64,000 bases of DNA. It comes from an uncultured Actinomycetes bacterium. Its GTDB lineage: Bacteria; Actinomycetota; Thermoleophilia; UBA2241. The stretch is from contig CAVPVX010000001.1 of assembly GCA_963709345.1 (NCBI GenBank), positions 256,001-320,000 of the forward strand. The letters are read 5' to 3'. Shown in pieces: positions 37,374-46,786 of this stretch (position 1 is the first letter of the stretch; every line of letters starts with the position of its first letter). Under the pieces are notes generated by a model. That model did not search any database. It saw only the letters and a program-made list of their open reading frames with translations, and was not told where the DNA came from. The translations under genes and the position numbers were made by a program.

Positions 37374-37802
37374 TCAGACGGCCGCCGTATGCGACCTGAG
37401 GGCGGGCACCAGCCGGTGCAGGACGGCGTGGATCTGGCGCGGGCTCACGTGATCGAACAAGGCGTAGTAGGTATCCGGGCGTGATTGACTGCGCGTGAAC
37501 TGCGCCAGGTCCACCGTCGAGCCCGCGGCGGTCGCCTCGCGCGCCTGCTCGCCGTCTATCGCGAGCAACGCAGCCGTGGCCGGGACGCTGGCGTCACTGC
37601 AGATCTCCGCGATGTCCTGGGGGTACGTCCACAAAGAGAAAGCCAAGGGTCTATCGGCGACCTCGCTCAACACCAGGCGGACTCCCGGCTCCACCTCACT
37701 CGTGAAGTCGAAGTGCCGACGGTCGGCGCCGCGCGCCACCTTGATGACCGTGCGGACGCGCTCGAGCTTCTCGCCGAACGTGGCAGGAACAGGACGCGCC
37801 AT
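37374..37802 (-). CDS. Hypothetical protein
   Basis: 142 aa ORF with SD AAGGAGG and typical codon bias. Confidence 0.7.
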   Translation of the reverse strand: MARPVPATFGEKLERVRTVIKVARGADRRHFDFTSEVEPGVRLVLSEVADRPLAFSLWTYPQDIAEICSDASVPATAALLAIDGEQAREATAAGSTVDLAQFTRSQSRPDTYYALFDHVSPRQIHAVLHRLVPALRSHTAAV

Positions 37803-37941
37803 GGCAGCCCTCCTTGAAACCACCCCTTGAGCCTTCCGGAGCCGCGGGGCCGGTTACGCCTTCTCAGCACGTCAGATGCCCGCGGCCATCTCAGAATAAA
37901 CCCGTTCGCGACAGTGGAAACGGATGCGACGGCTTGGTCCG

Positions 37942-38710
37942 TCAGCGCCGGATGACGGGCAGGACGTGAGCCCGCAGTTCGATGTCGTGGCGCTCCCCGG
38001 GGCGGTCTCGTACCCACCGGCGGCGGCGACCCGGGCGATCACTCTCAGCGGGCCGCGCGTCGCGAGCTTGCGACCGACCGCGGTGACGGGATACATGAGC
38101 GCAGTCGGGTAGTCGCCGGACCCGGACGCCCTGCGCACCTTGCCCGTCTTGAGAGCCGGCACGTCCCACCCGAGACGCGTTGCTCGCTCCCGTGCGGCGT
38201 CCACGATCTCACCGGCGTCGCCATCGCACGGATCCCCCATCTCACCGGTGGGATCGAGCACGAATCAGTCCGGCACCGTGACGCTGCGCTCGACAACCTC
38301 GCCGAACACGGCACTCACACCGAGCTCCTTGGCGGCGGCCAGCGCGTGGCGCCCTTCGTCGACGATGACGGCTCCGGCCGCGCGCGGCTTGGCGTACGTC
38401 GAGGGACGCACGAACTCGCCGACGCGGCATGAGTAGGCGAACGGCAGCTCCGGGACACCGGACCAAGGAGCCGCAAGCGTAGCCAGCGGCGCACCAGACG
38501 TGTCGTCGGCCCACGCCTCGAGCGCGGCGAGGGTGAGCACGGGGAGCTCGCGATGCGGACGGGTCACACGCGCCGACAAGCGCCCGCAGGCCATCGAACT
38601 CGGCAGCGGCCCACTCCTCGTACATGTCGGCGTCGAGCACGAGGACGGCGCTCGAGCGGGGCGCTGTGCTGCGCTCGGAGGCGAAACGCTCCACGACCGC
38701 GTCCAGCAGT
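37942..38710 (-). pseudogene. Interrupted hypothetical gene (frameshifts and in-frame TGA at 38265-38267)
   Basis: Coding-like codons continue across three ORF pieces; VIVDEGRHALAAAKELG weakly ParB-like. Confidence 0.5.
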
Positions 38711-38743
38711 CGCGGTGTGGCGCGGGCGGGCGGGGCGCCGGCG

Positions 38744-40645
38744 TCAGCTGGCGCCAAACCCGCCGCCGCCTCCACCGCCTCCTCCTCCGCCGGAGAATCC
38801 ACCCCCGCCGCCGGAGCCGGACGACGAGGACGATGTCGCCACCGAGACGGCCGCGCTGAAGCTCTGGTTCATCTCGCTGAACGCGGACATGCCGCCACCG
38901 TCGCCGGGCAGAGCGAACCAGAGGACGTACGAGGTCCGGAAGCCCGGGTCGTCGATCACCGCGGGCACCTTCACCGCCATCGCCTTGACGACCTGGTCGG
39001 CGATGCCGAAGACGACGGCATACACGAGGAAGTGCTCCCAGAGGACGACGGCATCCGGCGGCTTCTCCTCCAGCCTGCCGAAGTCTTTGAGGTAGCGCTC
39101 GAGCGCCTCATACTGGGCGTGCAGCTCCGCAGCCTCCTGCGAGCGCCGCTTGATCGCGCGCGCCACGAAGATCAGGACGACGCCGACGGGAATGCCGAGG
39201 AAGAAGAGCCACCAGCCCGCGAAGACGGCCGCCGCCCCCGCGGCAGCGATGGCCGCGAAGGACACCGCCGACCCCAGAGCGGCGAGCCGAGTCGCCTTGG
39301 CGTCGAGGAACTTGCGGCGCTCGGCTTCCTTCTTCGCCTTCTTGATCCAGTCGGCATAGCCGCTGGCGAAGGCGGACTTCTTCTTCTTCGCCAGCTCCTT
39401 GAGCTCGCTGAGCACCAGGGTCGAACCGCCGGCGATCTGGTGGAACAGGAACTGGACCAGGTCGCGTTCGTAGACGAGCAGTTCATCCACCCGCTCATCG
39501 TGGAGCGTCAGCCGGTAGCTGGTCGCCTCACCTTTGCCGAAGAGCTTCTTCTTCTCGACGGTCACGCGCTCCAGGTCGATCACCTTGCGGTTCACGAGGT
39601 CGAGCAGGGTCGCCGTGAGGTCGTTACGGCCGATGGTCCCCATGCGCAAGATGGAGGCGACCATGGCCGGCGGCTGCTCCGGCTGTGGCAGGTCCCGCAG
39701 ATACTGCGCCTCGAACTGGGTCTTGGGCTCCCGTCCGTACTTGAGGTAGAGCCATGCGACGAGCACCAGAGCGATGAGCGGGACGCCGAAGCCGATCACC
39801 GCCCAGAAGACGACCTGGACGCGCGCCCAGAGCCGGTCGCGGTTGGCCTCGTCGGCGAGCGCCTGCTCCTCCGCCAGCACCTGCTGCAATCTGGGCTCGG
39901 CGACGGGAGCCGCCTTGCCGAGCGCGTCGGCGGGAAACGCGATACGCGCTTCGACGAAGGTGTTCGCCGGCAGCGGGCTGACGGTCATGCGCACGCTGGC
40001 GTCGGGCTCGATACTCACGTTGCCCCACAGCGGGCCGTGCGCCCAGGCACGCACCTCGTCGCGGGTGACGCCATCCGGCAGCCGCACCGTGACGGTGACG
40101 TCATCTGCGGGGATGGGGGCCTCGTCGCCCACGAATTGCCAGTAGAGCTCGGCGGTGTCCCGCCACCGCTTCGCGGCGCCGCGGGCGACGTACTCGATGG
40201 TGAAGCGCGCCGCCGAATCCGAGACGCGGAAGTTGAGCTGCACGCGCACCGTCGAACTGCCCGTAGCCGTGAAGGTGCCCGGGGTCTTCGCCAAGACGTC
40301 GTCGTCACGCGTGTACGCTACGCTGCCCGACCCGTCGGGGCCGGGCCCACTTGCCGCCGTCACGTCGATTCCTTCCGACCCCCTGGCGGATAGGTCCCAG
40401 TAGACAACGGAGAAGCTGCCGTCGAAGTCCAGGGTGCGTGACTCGCGCACGCGTACGTTCCCGTTCGCGAGCACCTGCGCGTCGATGGTGACGTCGCGGA
40501 TACCGAAGTCCTTGGCCGCCGCGGGGCCGGCCGTCAGGCCGGCAAGGCCGGCGGCCAGCGCCACGAGAGCGAACGCCACCATGAGCGCTCTGACCGGCCG
40601 CCGTTCCCGTCCTGCCGGCCTCACCGTCTCAACTCGCTCGCTCAT
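38744..40645 (-). CDS. DUF2207 (YciQ-like) membrane protein
   Basis: ELYWQFVG, VRAWAHGPL, LWEHFLVYAVVFG, Gly/Ser-rich tail SSGSGGGGGFSGGGGGGGGGGG. Confidence 0.93.
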   Translation of the reverse strand: MSERVETVRPAGRERRPVRALMVAFALVALAAGLAGLTAGPAAAKDFGIRDVTIDAQVLANGNVRVRESRTLDFDGSFSVVYWDLSARGSEGIDVTAASGPGPDGSGSVAYTRDDDVLAKTPGTFTATGSSTVRVQLNFRVSDSAARFTIEYVARGAAKRWRDTAELYWQFVGDEAPIPADDVTVTVRLPDGVTRDEVRAWAHGPLWGNVSIEPDASVRMTVSPLPANTFVEARIAFPADALGKAAPVAEPRLQQVLAEEQALADEANRDRLWARVQVVFWAVIGFGVPLIALVLVAWLYLKYGREPKTQFEAQYLRDLPQPEQPPAMVASILRMGTIGRNDLTATLLDLVNRKVIDLERVTVEKKKLFGKGEATSYRLTLHDERVDELLVYERDLVQFLFHQIAGGSTLVLSELKELAKKKKSAFASGYADWIKKAKKEAERRKFLDAKATRLAALGSAVSFAAIAAAGAAAVFAGWWLFFLGIPVGVVLIFVARAIKRRSQEAAELHAQYEALERYLKDFGRLEEKPPDAVVLWEHFLVYAVVFGIADQVVKAMAVKVPAVIDDPGFRTSYVLWFALPGDGGGMSAFSEMNQSFSAAVSVATSSSSSGSGGGGGFSGGGGGGGGGGGFGAS

Positions 40646-41028
40646 GCATCCTCCGGTGGTCCGCGCCGCCCCGGCGCGCTCCGCGCGCTCCCATGGCGCG
40701 CCCACGACGATGCTACCATCGGCCGCGTCACGGGACCCGGCCGAACCCGTTCGCAGGCCGGCCGAGCCTCGGCTCGGAATCCCCCGCCAAAGAGGATTGC
40801 GGTGGTCCAGTTCGTGGAACAAGACGCTGAGTCGATCGGACGGCAGTCGGCGGCGGAACTACTTGAATGTCTATGCAACGGGGCCCCGCAGGGGGCCCCT
40901 TCCGCGTACGCCGGGGGCACGCGGGTAGCCACACCGTTGCCCACCCGGACAGCACCTGAGCCGGGCTCCGCCTCATGGATGGCGCGCAGCTGCCGTAGTA
41001 GACCAGTGGAGCTACTCTGGATGTAGTC

Positions 41029-42324
41029 GTGAACCGTGCGCGCTCAGCCGTCGCACCGAGCCTCGGTAGGGCGATCCGCCCGCCGGCGTCGGCCTTCGGC
41101 GTGATCCTCCTGCTGCTTGCCTGCTGGTTGGCTTCGGCGCCGGCCGCCGGAGCAGCCGTGAACACTGCGGCTCCGAAATCCTCCGTCAAGCTGGTCTTCA
41201 TCCACCACTCGACCGGCAGCGCGTGGCTCGACGACGGACACGGCGGCCTCGGCAGGGCGCTGCGCGACAACAACTACTTCGTCAGCGACACGAACTACGG
41301 CTGGGGGCCCGGCTCGATCGGCGACTCCACGGATATCGGACACTGGTGGACATGGTTCCGAGGCCCTTCGGCTCCGACCTACGTCGCGGCCCTGTACGGC
41401 GAGAGCGATCAGCACTCGAGCTACTCGAGGCTGGCCACCGACCCGGGCGGCGCCAACGACATCGTCATGTTCAAGAGCTGCTTCCCGAATTCGGAGCTCA
41501 GGTCGCCCTACTCGCCGATGCCGGCGATCAGCGACAATCCACTCAAGGGAGGCTCGTGCGGCGGGGAGGACTTCACGGTCGCCAACGCCAAGGGCATCTA
41601 CCTCGACCTGCTCGAGTACTTCGGCGCGCACCCCGAGAAGCTGTTCGTGGCCGTCGTCGCTCCACCGGTGACGAGCCCCGACACCCCCGGCGGAAGAGCG
41701 CTCGCGAACTGGCTCGCCGACGACTGGCTCCATGACTCCGGCTACACCGTCGGCAACGTGGTCGTGTTCGACTACTACGACATCCTCAGCAGCAAGACCG
41801 GCGGCGGCACGAGCGACGTGGGGCTCGCCACGGGCAACCACCACCGCGTCTGGAACAACGCCGTGCAGCACAAGACCGGCGGCGCGAACCGCCTCGCCTA
41901 CCCCAGCGCCGGCGGCGACAGCCACCCCAACGCGGCCGGAGACCGCAAGGCCACGACCGAGTTCCTGCCGCTCCTGAACGCAGCCTACAACGCCTGGAAG
42001 GGCGTTCCCGGCGGCGACTCCGCCCGTCCCAGGACGTCGGCGCCGCGCGCTGCAAGCGTGCGACGCGGGCGTGTGGCGACCCTCTACTACCGCGTTGACG
42101 ACGATCGCAGCAGAATGGCCACGGTCGTCATCCGCGTCAAGACGCGCTCGGGAAGCCTGAAGAAGACACTGGTCCTGGGCATGCGCGGGACCGGGGCGCT
42201 GCGCAAGGCGACGTTCCGGTGCACGCTGAGCAGAGGGACGTACCGGTTCTGGGTGGACGCGCGCGATTACTCCGGCAACCCCACCCGCATGCCACTCGGC
42301 AACAACCTGATCCGAGTCAGGTAG
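41029..42324 (+). CDS. Secreted hypothetical protein (hydrolase-like domain plus basic C-terminal Ig-like domain)
   Basis: Signal peptide; FIHHSTG, IVMFKSCF, DSHPN motifs. Confidence 0.8.
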   Translation: MNRARSAVAPSLGRAIRPPASAFGVILLLLACWLASAPAAGAAVNTAAPKSSVKLVFIHHSTGSAWLDDGHGGLGRALRDNNYFVSDTNYGWGPGSIGDSTDIGHWWTWFRGPSAPTYVAALYGESDQHSSYSRLATDPGGANDIVMFKSCFPNSELRSPYSPMPAISDNPLKGGSCGGEDFTVANAKGIYLDLLEYFGAHPEKLFVAVVAPPVTSPDTPGGRALANWLADDWLHDSGYTVGNVVVFDYYDILSSKTGGGTSDVGLATGNHHRVWNNAVQHKTGGANRLAYPSAGGDSHPNAAGDRKATTEFLPLLNAAYNAWKGVPGGDSARPRTSAPRAASVRRGRVATLYYRVDDDRSRMATVVIRVKTRSGSLKKTLVLGMRGTGALRKATFRCTLSRGTYRFWVDARDYSGNPTRMPLGNNLIRVR

Positions 42325-42363
42325 CGAGCGCAGCGCGCGCTACGGCTTCGCCCGAGTCGTTCG

Positions 42364-42963
42364 CTACGGCCGCCTCAGCCCGAGCCGATCCAGCTCGGCG
42401 TCGGCCAAAGCGCGAACGTCACCGCTCGCGACGTCGCTCCACGGGTCGGCAGTCACTGCGCGCAGACGGTCCCACGGCAGTGACGCGCAAGCGCGGCGCG
42501 CGAGGTACTGCTCGAAGGCAGGGTCTCCCGCCACCCCCGGCAGCGCCTCCGCGATAGCTCCGACGTACCGTCGCCAGCGGACGCGCGCCGGCACGTACAG
42601 GATGAGCACCAGTGCCGCCGGCAGGATGCCCACGCCCAGGCCTGCCACGACCGCGGCGCGCAGGATTCCGTCGCGACTCTCCTGACCGCTGGCCTCGACC
42701 TCGACGCCCATCCGCTCGATCTCTCCGGCGAACTCGCCGATGCGGTCGCCGACCAGCGGCAGACCTCCCACCACCCCGAGCGCTTCGCCCGTGTCCTTGA
42801 CCGCCGTGCCGATCTTGATCACGTCGGCGCTCAGCTGCGACTGCGCCCTGATGTCGTGCCAGATCAGCACGCCGAGCGCCGCCCAGACGACGATCCACGC
42901 GACGACCCCGAGGTCGAGCCAGCGCACCGCGCGGGCGCTGAGGAACTGCGTGCCTTCGTGCAT
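42364..42963 (-). CDS. Hypothetical membrane protein
   Basis: Two TM segments; SD GGAGG; C-terminal ALADAELDRLGL. Confidence 0.8.
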   Translation of the reverse strand: MHEGTQFLSARAVRWLDLGVVAWIVVWAALGVLIWHDIRAQSQLSADVIKIGTAVKDTGEALGVVGGLPLVGDRIGEFAGEIERMGVEVEASGQESRDGILRAAVVAGLGVGILPAALVLILYVPARVRWRRYVGAIAEALPGVAGDPAFEQYLARRACASLPWDRLRAVTADPWSDVASGDVRALADAELDRLGLRRP

Positions 42964-43095
42964 GGCCCCCTCCTGATAGACGTCCCTACTCTACCCGCCG
43001 CAGTGAGGATGAGCGCCGGGCGAAGCGGCCGGCGGCGCTGGGAGCGGGTGCGCGACCGCGTGCGATATGCTCCCCGGAGACCGGAGGTGACAGCC

Positions 43096-44139
43096 ATGGC
43101 AGACGTCGACGCACGCCCGCCGACCCCGCGCGAGACGGGGTTTCGCATGCCGCCTGAATGGGCGCCGCACGCTGGCTGCTGGATGTCGTGGCCCTGCCGC
43201 ACCGAGAACTGGGATGACATCGAGTCGGTGCGCGCAAGGTACGCCGAGGTCGCGCGCGCCATAGCCCGCTTCGAGCCGGTCACCATGACGGCGAACGCGG
43301 AGCACGCCGCGGCGGCGCGCAGCGCACTCGCCGGCACGGGCGACAGCGACGTGGTCGTCGTGCCGAGCGACGACTCGTGGGCCCGCGACACCGCGCCGAC
43401 CTTCGTCGTGGACGGCCGCGGCGGCCTCGGCGGTGTCGACTGGCGGTTCAACGCCTACGGCGGCATTTACGACGAGTACGCGCGTACCGCCAACATGGCG
43501 AAGCGGATCCTCCACCTGCTCGGGGCGAGGCGCTTCGCCGCGCCGATCGTCCTGGAAGGCGGCGCGGTGCACACCGACGGCGAGGGCACGTTGCTGACGA
43601 CCACCGAGGTCGTGCTGGACGCGCGCCGCAACCCGGGGCTCCAGCCGGGAGACGCCGAGAGAATCCTCTGCGACTTCCTCGGCGGCGAGCGCGTGATCTG
43701 GCTCACGAGCGCGCTCGACCACGACAACACCGGCGGCCACGTGGACAACCTCGCCTGCTTCGTCCGGCCGGGAGTCGTCGCGGCACTCGGCAGCGCCGAC
43801 CGCGACGACCCACAGCACGCCGCCGTGCAGGAGAACCTCGGCCGGCTGCGCGCGGCGACCGATGCCGCCGGCCGTGTTCTCGAGGTCGTCGAGTTGCCGA
43901 TGCCGACGCGGCCCGACCACCGCGGGCGTCGGCTCTCACCGAGCTACGTCAACTTCTACATCGCGAACGGCGGCGTCGTGATGCCGGAGTTCGGCGACCC
44001 TGCGGACGAAGAGGCGCGCGAGACGATCGCGCGCCTCTTCCCACGCCACGTCGTCGTGCAGGTCCCCACGCTCGAGCTGGCCAGGGCCGACGGAAACGTC
44101 CACTGCATCACCCAACAGCAGCCGGTGGCCCGACGGTAG
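43096..44139 (+). CDS. aguA: Agmatine deiminase family protein
   Basis: RMPPEWAPH, DSWARD, LEGGAVHTDGEGT, GHVDN, SYVNFY, GNVHCITQQQP. Confidence 0.94.
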   Translation: MADVDARPPTPRETGFRMPPEWAPHAGCWMSWPCRTENWDDIESVRARYAEVARAIARFEPVTMTANAEHAAAARSALAGTGDSDVVVVPSDDSWARDTAPTFVVDGRGGLGGVDWRFNAYGGIYDEYARTANMAKRILHLLGARRFAAPIVLEGGAVHTDGEGTLLTTTEVVLDARRNPGLQPGDAERILCDFLGGERVIWLTSALDHDNTGGHVDNLACFVRPGVVAALGSADRDDPQHAAVQENLGRLRAATDAAGRVLEVVELPMPTRPDHRGRRLSPSYVNFYIANGGVVMPEFGDPADEEARETIARLFPRHVVVQVPTLELARADGNVHCITQQQPVARR

Positions 44140-44336
44140 GCGGCGGGGAGCGAGACGAGCCCTGACACGCTCGCCAAGCCGGCGGAACGGCGGCGCGCGA
44201 ACGATACGCGCGCCTGACTCGTTACAGAGATGCCTGATCCGGAGTCAGGAGGGATCTCCGGCGAGCCCCTGAGAGGTGGAGGTTGGAGACGGCCGACGGC
44301 TTAGCCGCCGGCCGTTCCACGTACGCAATCGACCGC

Positions 44337-44957
44337 TCAAGCCGGCTTCACCCAGACGCCGCTGTAGTAGCAGCCGGGGACGAGCGCCTTGCCCGAGCTC
44401 CGGCCCTGCTCCGTGAAGCCGGCCTCCGCAAGGAGCCTCTGAGCCTCGGCCGCAGGCATCCCATGCTTCGGGGAAGTGGGCTCGCGCACGAACAGGCGCC
44501 CGCCCGGGCGCAGCAGACGCGCGAGCTCGGCGACGACGGACGGCCGGTCGGCGGGTGGGATGTCGTGCAGCATCCAATGGATCAGCACGACATCCAGGTC
44601 GGCGGGTGGAAGGTCCATCGCGCGCACGTCGCCGAGCCGGTACTCGACGTTGGTGTGGACACGCAGGACCCGTTTCACCACGCTCTGCCAGCGCGCCGAG
44701 ACATCCATGCACGTCAGACGCCCGCCGCCGGCTTCGAGGCGCTTCGCGAGGTGGCGGGCGGCGGCTCCGCCGCCGCTTCCATAGTCGAGCACGCTCTCGT
44801 CGCCGCGCAGGCCCATCTCGTCGACGTACCGGCGATAGAAGCCGCTGAGCAGGCCGTTCGCGACGAGCCGCGACTCCAGAATCTCCATGCGGCCCGGCTC
44901 AGGCCCCGGAGCAGTGGCCCCTCGGCCGGCCGGGGTAGCCTGCCCAACGGCAGCCAT
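44337..44957 (-). CDS. Class I SAM-dependent methyltransferase
   Basis: VLDYGSGGG, CMDVS, LHDI, RLLRPGGRL. Confidence 0.9.
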   Translation of the reverse strand: MAAVGQATPAGRGATAPGPEPGRMEILESRLVANGLLSGFYRRYVDEMGLRGDESVLDYGSGGGAAARHLAKRLEAGGGRLTCMDVSARWQSVVKRVLRVHTNVEYRLGDVRAMDLPPADLDVVLIHWMLHDIPPADRPSVVAELARLLRPGGRLFVREPTSPKHGMPAAEAQRLLAEAGFTEQGRSSGKALVPGCYYSGVWVKPA

Positions 44958-44961
44958 CACT

Positions 44962-45159
44962 TCACGCCGTCCCCGGCGTGCCGGGCTTGCTGCCGGCCCA
45001 GTGGGCGAGGCGCACGACCCAGCCAATGGCCGTGCCTGCACAGAGGATGATCGGGAGCCCCCGGGTGATCCACGCGGGAGAGTTCAGCCAGTCGCAGATG
45101 GCAACCACGATCGCCACTCATATGACCAGGCCGACGACATCCAGCATCGTCCTCTTCAC
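44962..45159 (-). pseudogene. Small two-TM membrane protein interrupted by TGA at 45118-45120
   Basis: SD AGGAGG; reads VKRTMLDVVGLVI*VAIVVAICDWLNSPAWITRGLPIILCAGTAIGWVVRL... Confidence 0.5.
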
Positions 45160-45215
45160 CGCTCCTCCTCCTATCGCTTTCCTCGCGGCCCCTGAAGGAC
45201 GATGATAACGCCATC

Positions 45216-45812
45216 ATGCGCATCGCGTTCCTCGGCGACAGCCTCACAGAAGGGTGGCCCGGAGCGGCGTACTTCCCGCTGCTCGACCGGCGGCTGCGGC
45301 GGCACGAGTTGCTGAATCGGGGCCGGGCCGGCGACACGGTGGCTGAACTCCGGGCGCGGATGCGGATCGAGGGCCTCGCGCCGGTCGACCTCGCCTTCAT
45401 CTGGGTCGGCGCCAACGACGCCGTCATCGGCGCCTGGGACGCATCGGAGCCGGGCAGCGGCTGGAGTTGGCCGGAGCGTCTGCAGCGGATTCGCAACGAG
45501 TACGAGTCGCTGCTCGAGTGGACGGAGACACGCACGCCGAGAGTGGTGCTCGTCCGCCCGATCATCCTCGAAGCCGAGGGCTCGCTCTGGGAAGAGCGCG
45601 CGGCGGAAGTCGGCGGGGTCGTGGCCGGGCTCGCGGTCGCGCGCAGCGCTCGCCGCCAGCTGGACCTGCGTCCCGCCTTCGCCGCCGCGCGCGCGAGCGC
45701 AGGCCCCTTCACGACGGACGGCGTGCACTTCACCGATGCCGGCGCCGAGGTCGTGGCCGACGTGTTCGCGGCCGTCATCCTGGAACTCGAGGCCGAGGAG
45801 GCCGGCTCATGA
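45216..45812 (+). CDS. SGNH/GDSL hydrolase
   Basis: FLGDSLT, NRGRAGDT, GAND, DGVHF. Confidence 0.93.
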   Translation: MRIAFLGDSLTEGWPGAAYFPLLDRRLRRHELLNRGRAGDTVAELRARMRIEGLAPVDLAFIWVGANDAVIGAWDASEPGSGWSWPERLQRIRNEYESLLEWTETRTPRVVLVRPIILEAEGSLWEERAAEVGGVVAGLAVARSARRQLDLRPAFAAARASAGPFTTDGVHFTDAGAEVVADVFAAVILELEAEEAGS

Positions 45813-46513
45813 GGCCCCTGCACAAGATCGCCCTCGCCGCCGTTACCGTGGAGGTCCTCGGCGCCGCCTACTCGTTCCTCGTGCTGCCGCGCATGCGCCG
45901 CTGGGGCGCGACCGATGAAGAGGTGTCGCGCACGCTGCCCGGCGACGACCTCGTCGGCGAGCCCGTCTATACGACGACCCACGCCGCCACCATCGCCGCG
46001 CCGGTCACCGCCGTCTGGCCCTGGCTCGTCCAGATCGGCCAGAACCGCGGCGGCTTCTACAGCTACGACATCCTCGAGAACCTGATGCGCCTCAAGATCC
46101 ACAGCGCCGACGTGATCCACCCCGAGTGGCAGGAGCTCCGCACCGGTGAAGACTACGTGACGCTCGACCCGGACGAGTACATGAAGATGACTGTCGCCGT
46201 ACTCGAACCGGAACGCGCCTTCGTGATCCGCAGCGGAGCGCCCGGCGAGCCGCCGCAGACGCCGGGCAGCTTCTTCCGCGGCGAGCTCGCGTGGTCCTGG
46301 GGATTCTATGTCGAGCCGCTCGACCAGCGCACCACGCGCCTGATCGTCCGCTCCCGCGGCGCCTGGCGGCGAACGGCCGCCGCCGTCTGCGCACAGGTCT
46401 TCGGCCTCGAGCCCGCGCACTTCATCATGGAAGAGGGCATGCTGCGCGGCATCCGCGACCGTGCCGAGCAGGCCGCCCACGGGAGCGCCCCCGTCGTCGC
46501 CGAGGGCGGCTGA
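45809..46513 (+). CDS. SRPBCC-like conserved protein
   Basis: WGATDEE, LPGDDLV, VWPWLVQIGQNRGGFYSYD, HFIMEEGMLRGIR. Confidence 0.85.
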   Translation: MRPLHKIALAAVTVEVLGAAYSFLVLPRMRRWGATDEEVSRTLPGDDLVGEPVYTTTHAATIAAPVTAVWPWLVQIGQNRGGFYSYDILENLMRLKIHSADVIHPEWQELRTGEDYVTLDPDEYMKMTVAVLEPERAFVIRSGAPGEPPQTPGSFFRGELAWSWGFYVEPLDQRTTRLIVRSRGAWRRTAAAVCAQVFGLEPAHFIMEEGMLRGIRDRAEQAAHGSAPVVAEGG

Positions 46514-46786
46514 CGCACTCTCCGCCGTCGGCTACCTCGGATGGGGTACGCGTCGAGGAGCGACGGAGAGACCGGGGGCTCGCGCCGCCTCCCGCTCGAT
46601 GCGGCCCCGCGTACCCCCGCCGGTGAGCCGTCTTCCCGACGGGGAGAGAGGCGCTCCCCCTGCGGTGGCTCTCGCGCAAGCCGCATATCCCTCCAGCGCG
46701 TTGACCGATTCACCACCGTTGGGCGATTCGCCGCTCACTCCCTCCCCGTAGCCTCTCTTCAACGACTCAACCAGGAGGAGAGCGAC

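Noticed and set aside
44265-44280. CTCTCAGG on the minus strand, as in glycine riboswitches
   Set aside because: No GGAGA/CCGAAG elements and no downstream gene in that orientation
38265-45120. Genome-wide UGA-to-Trp recoding suggested by two in-frame TGAs
   Set aside because: Most intact genes here terminate at TGA and use TGG for Trp
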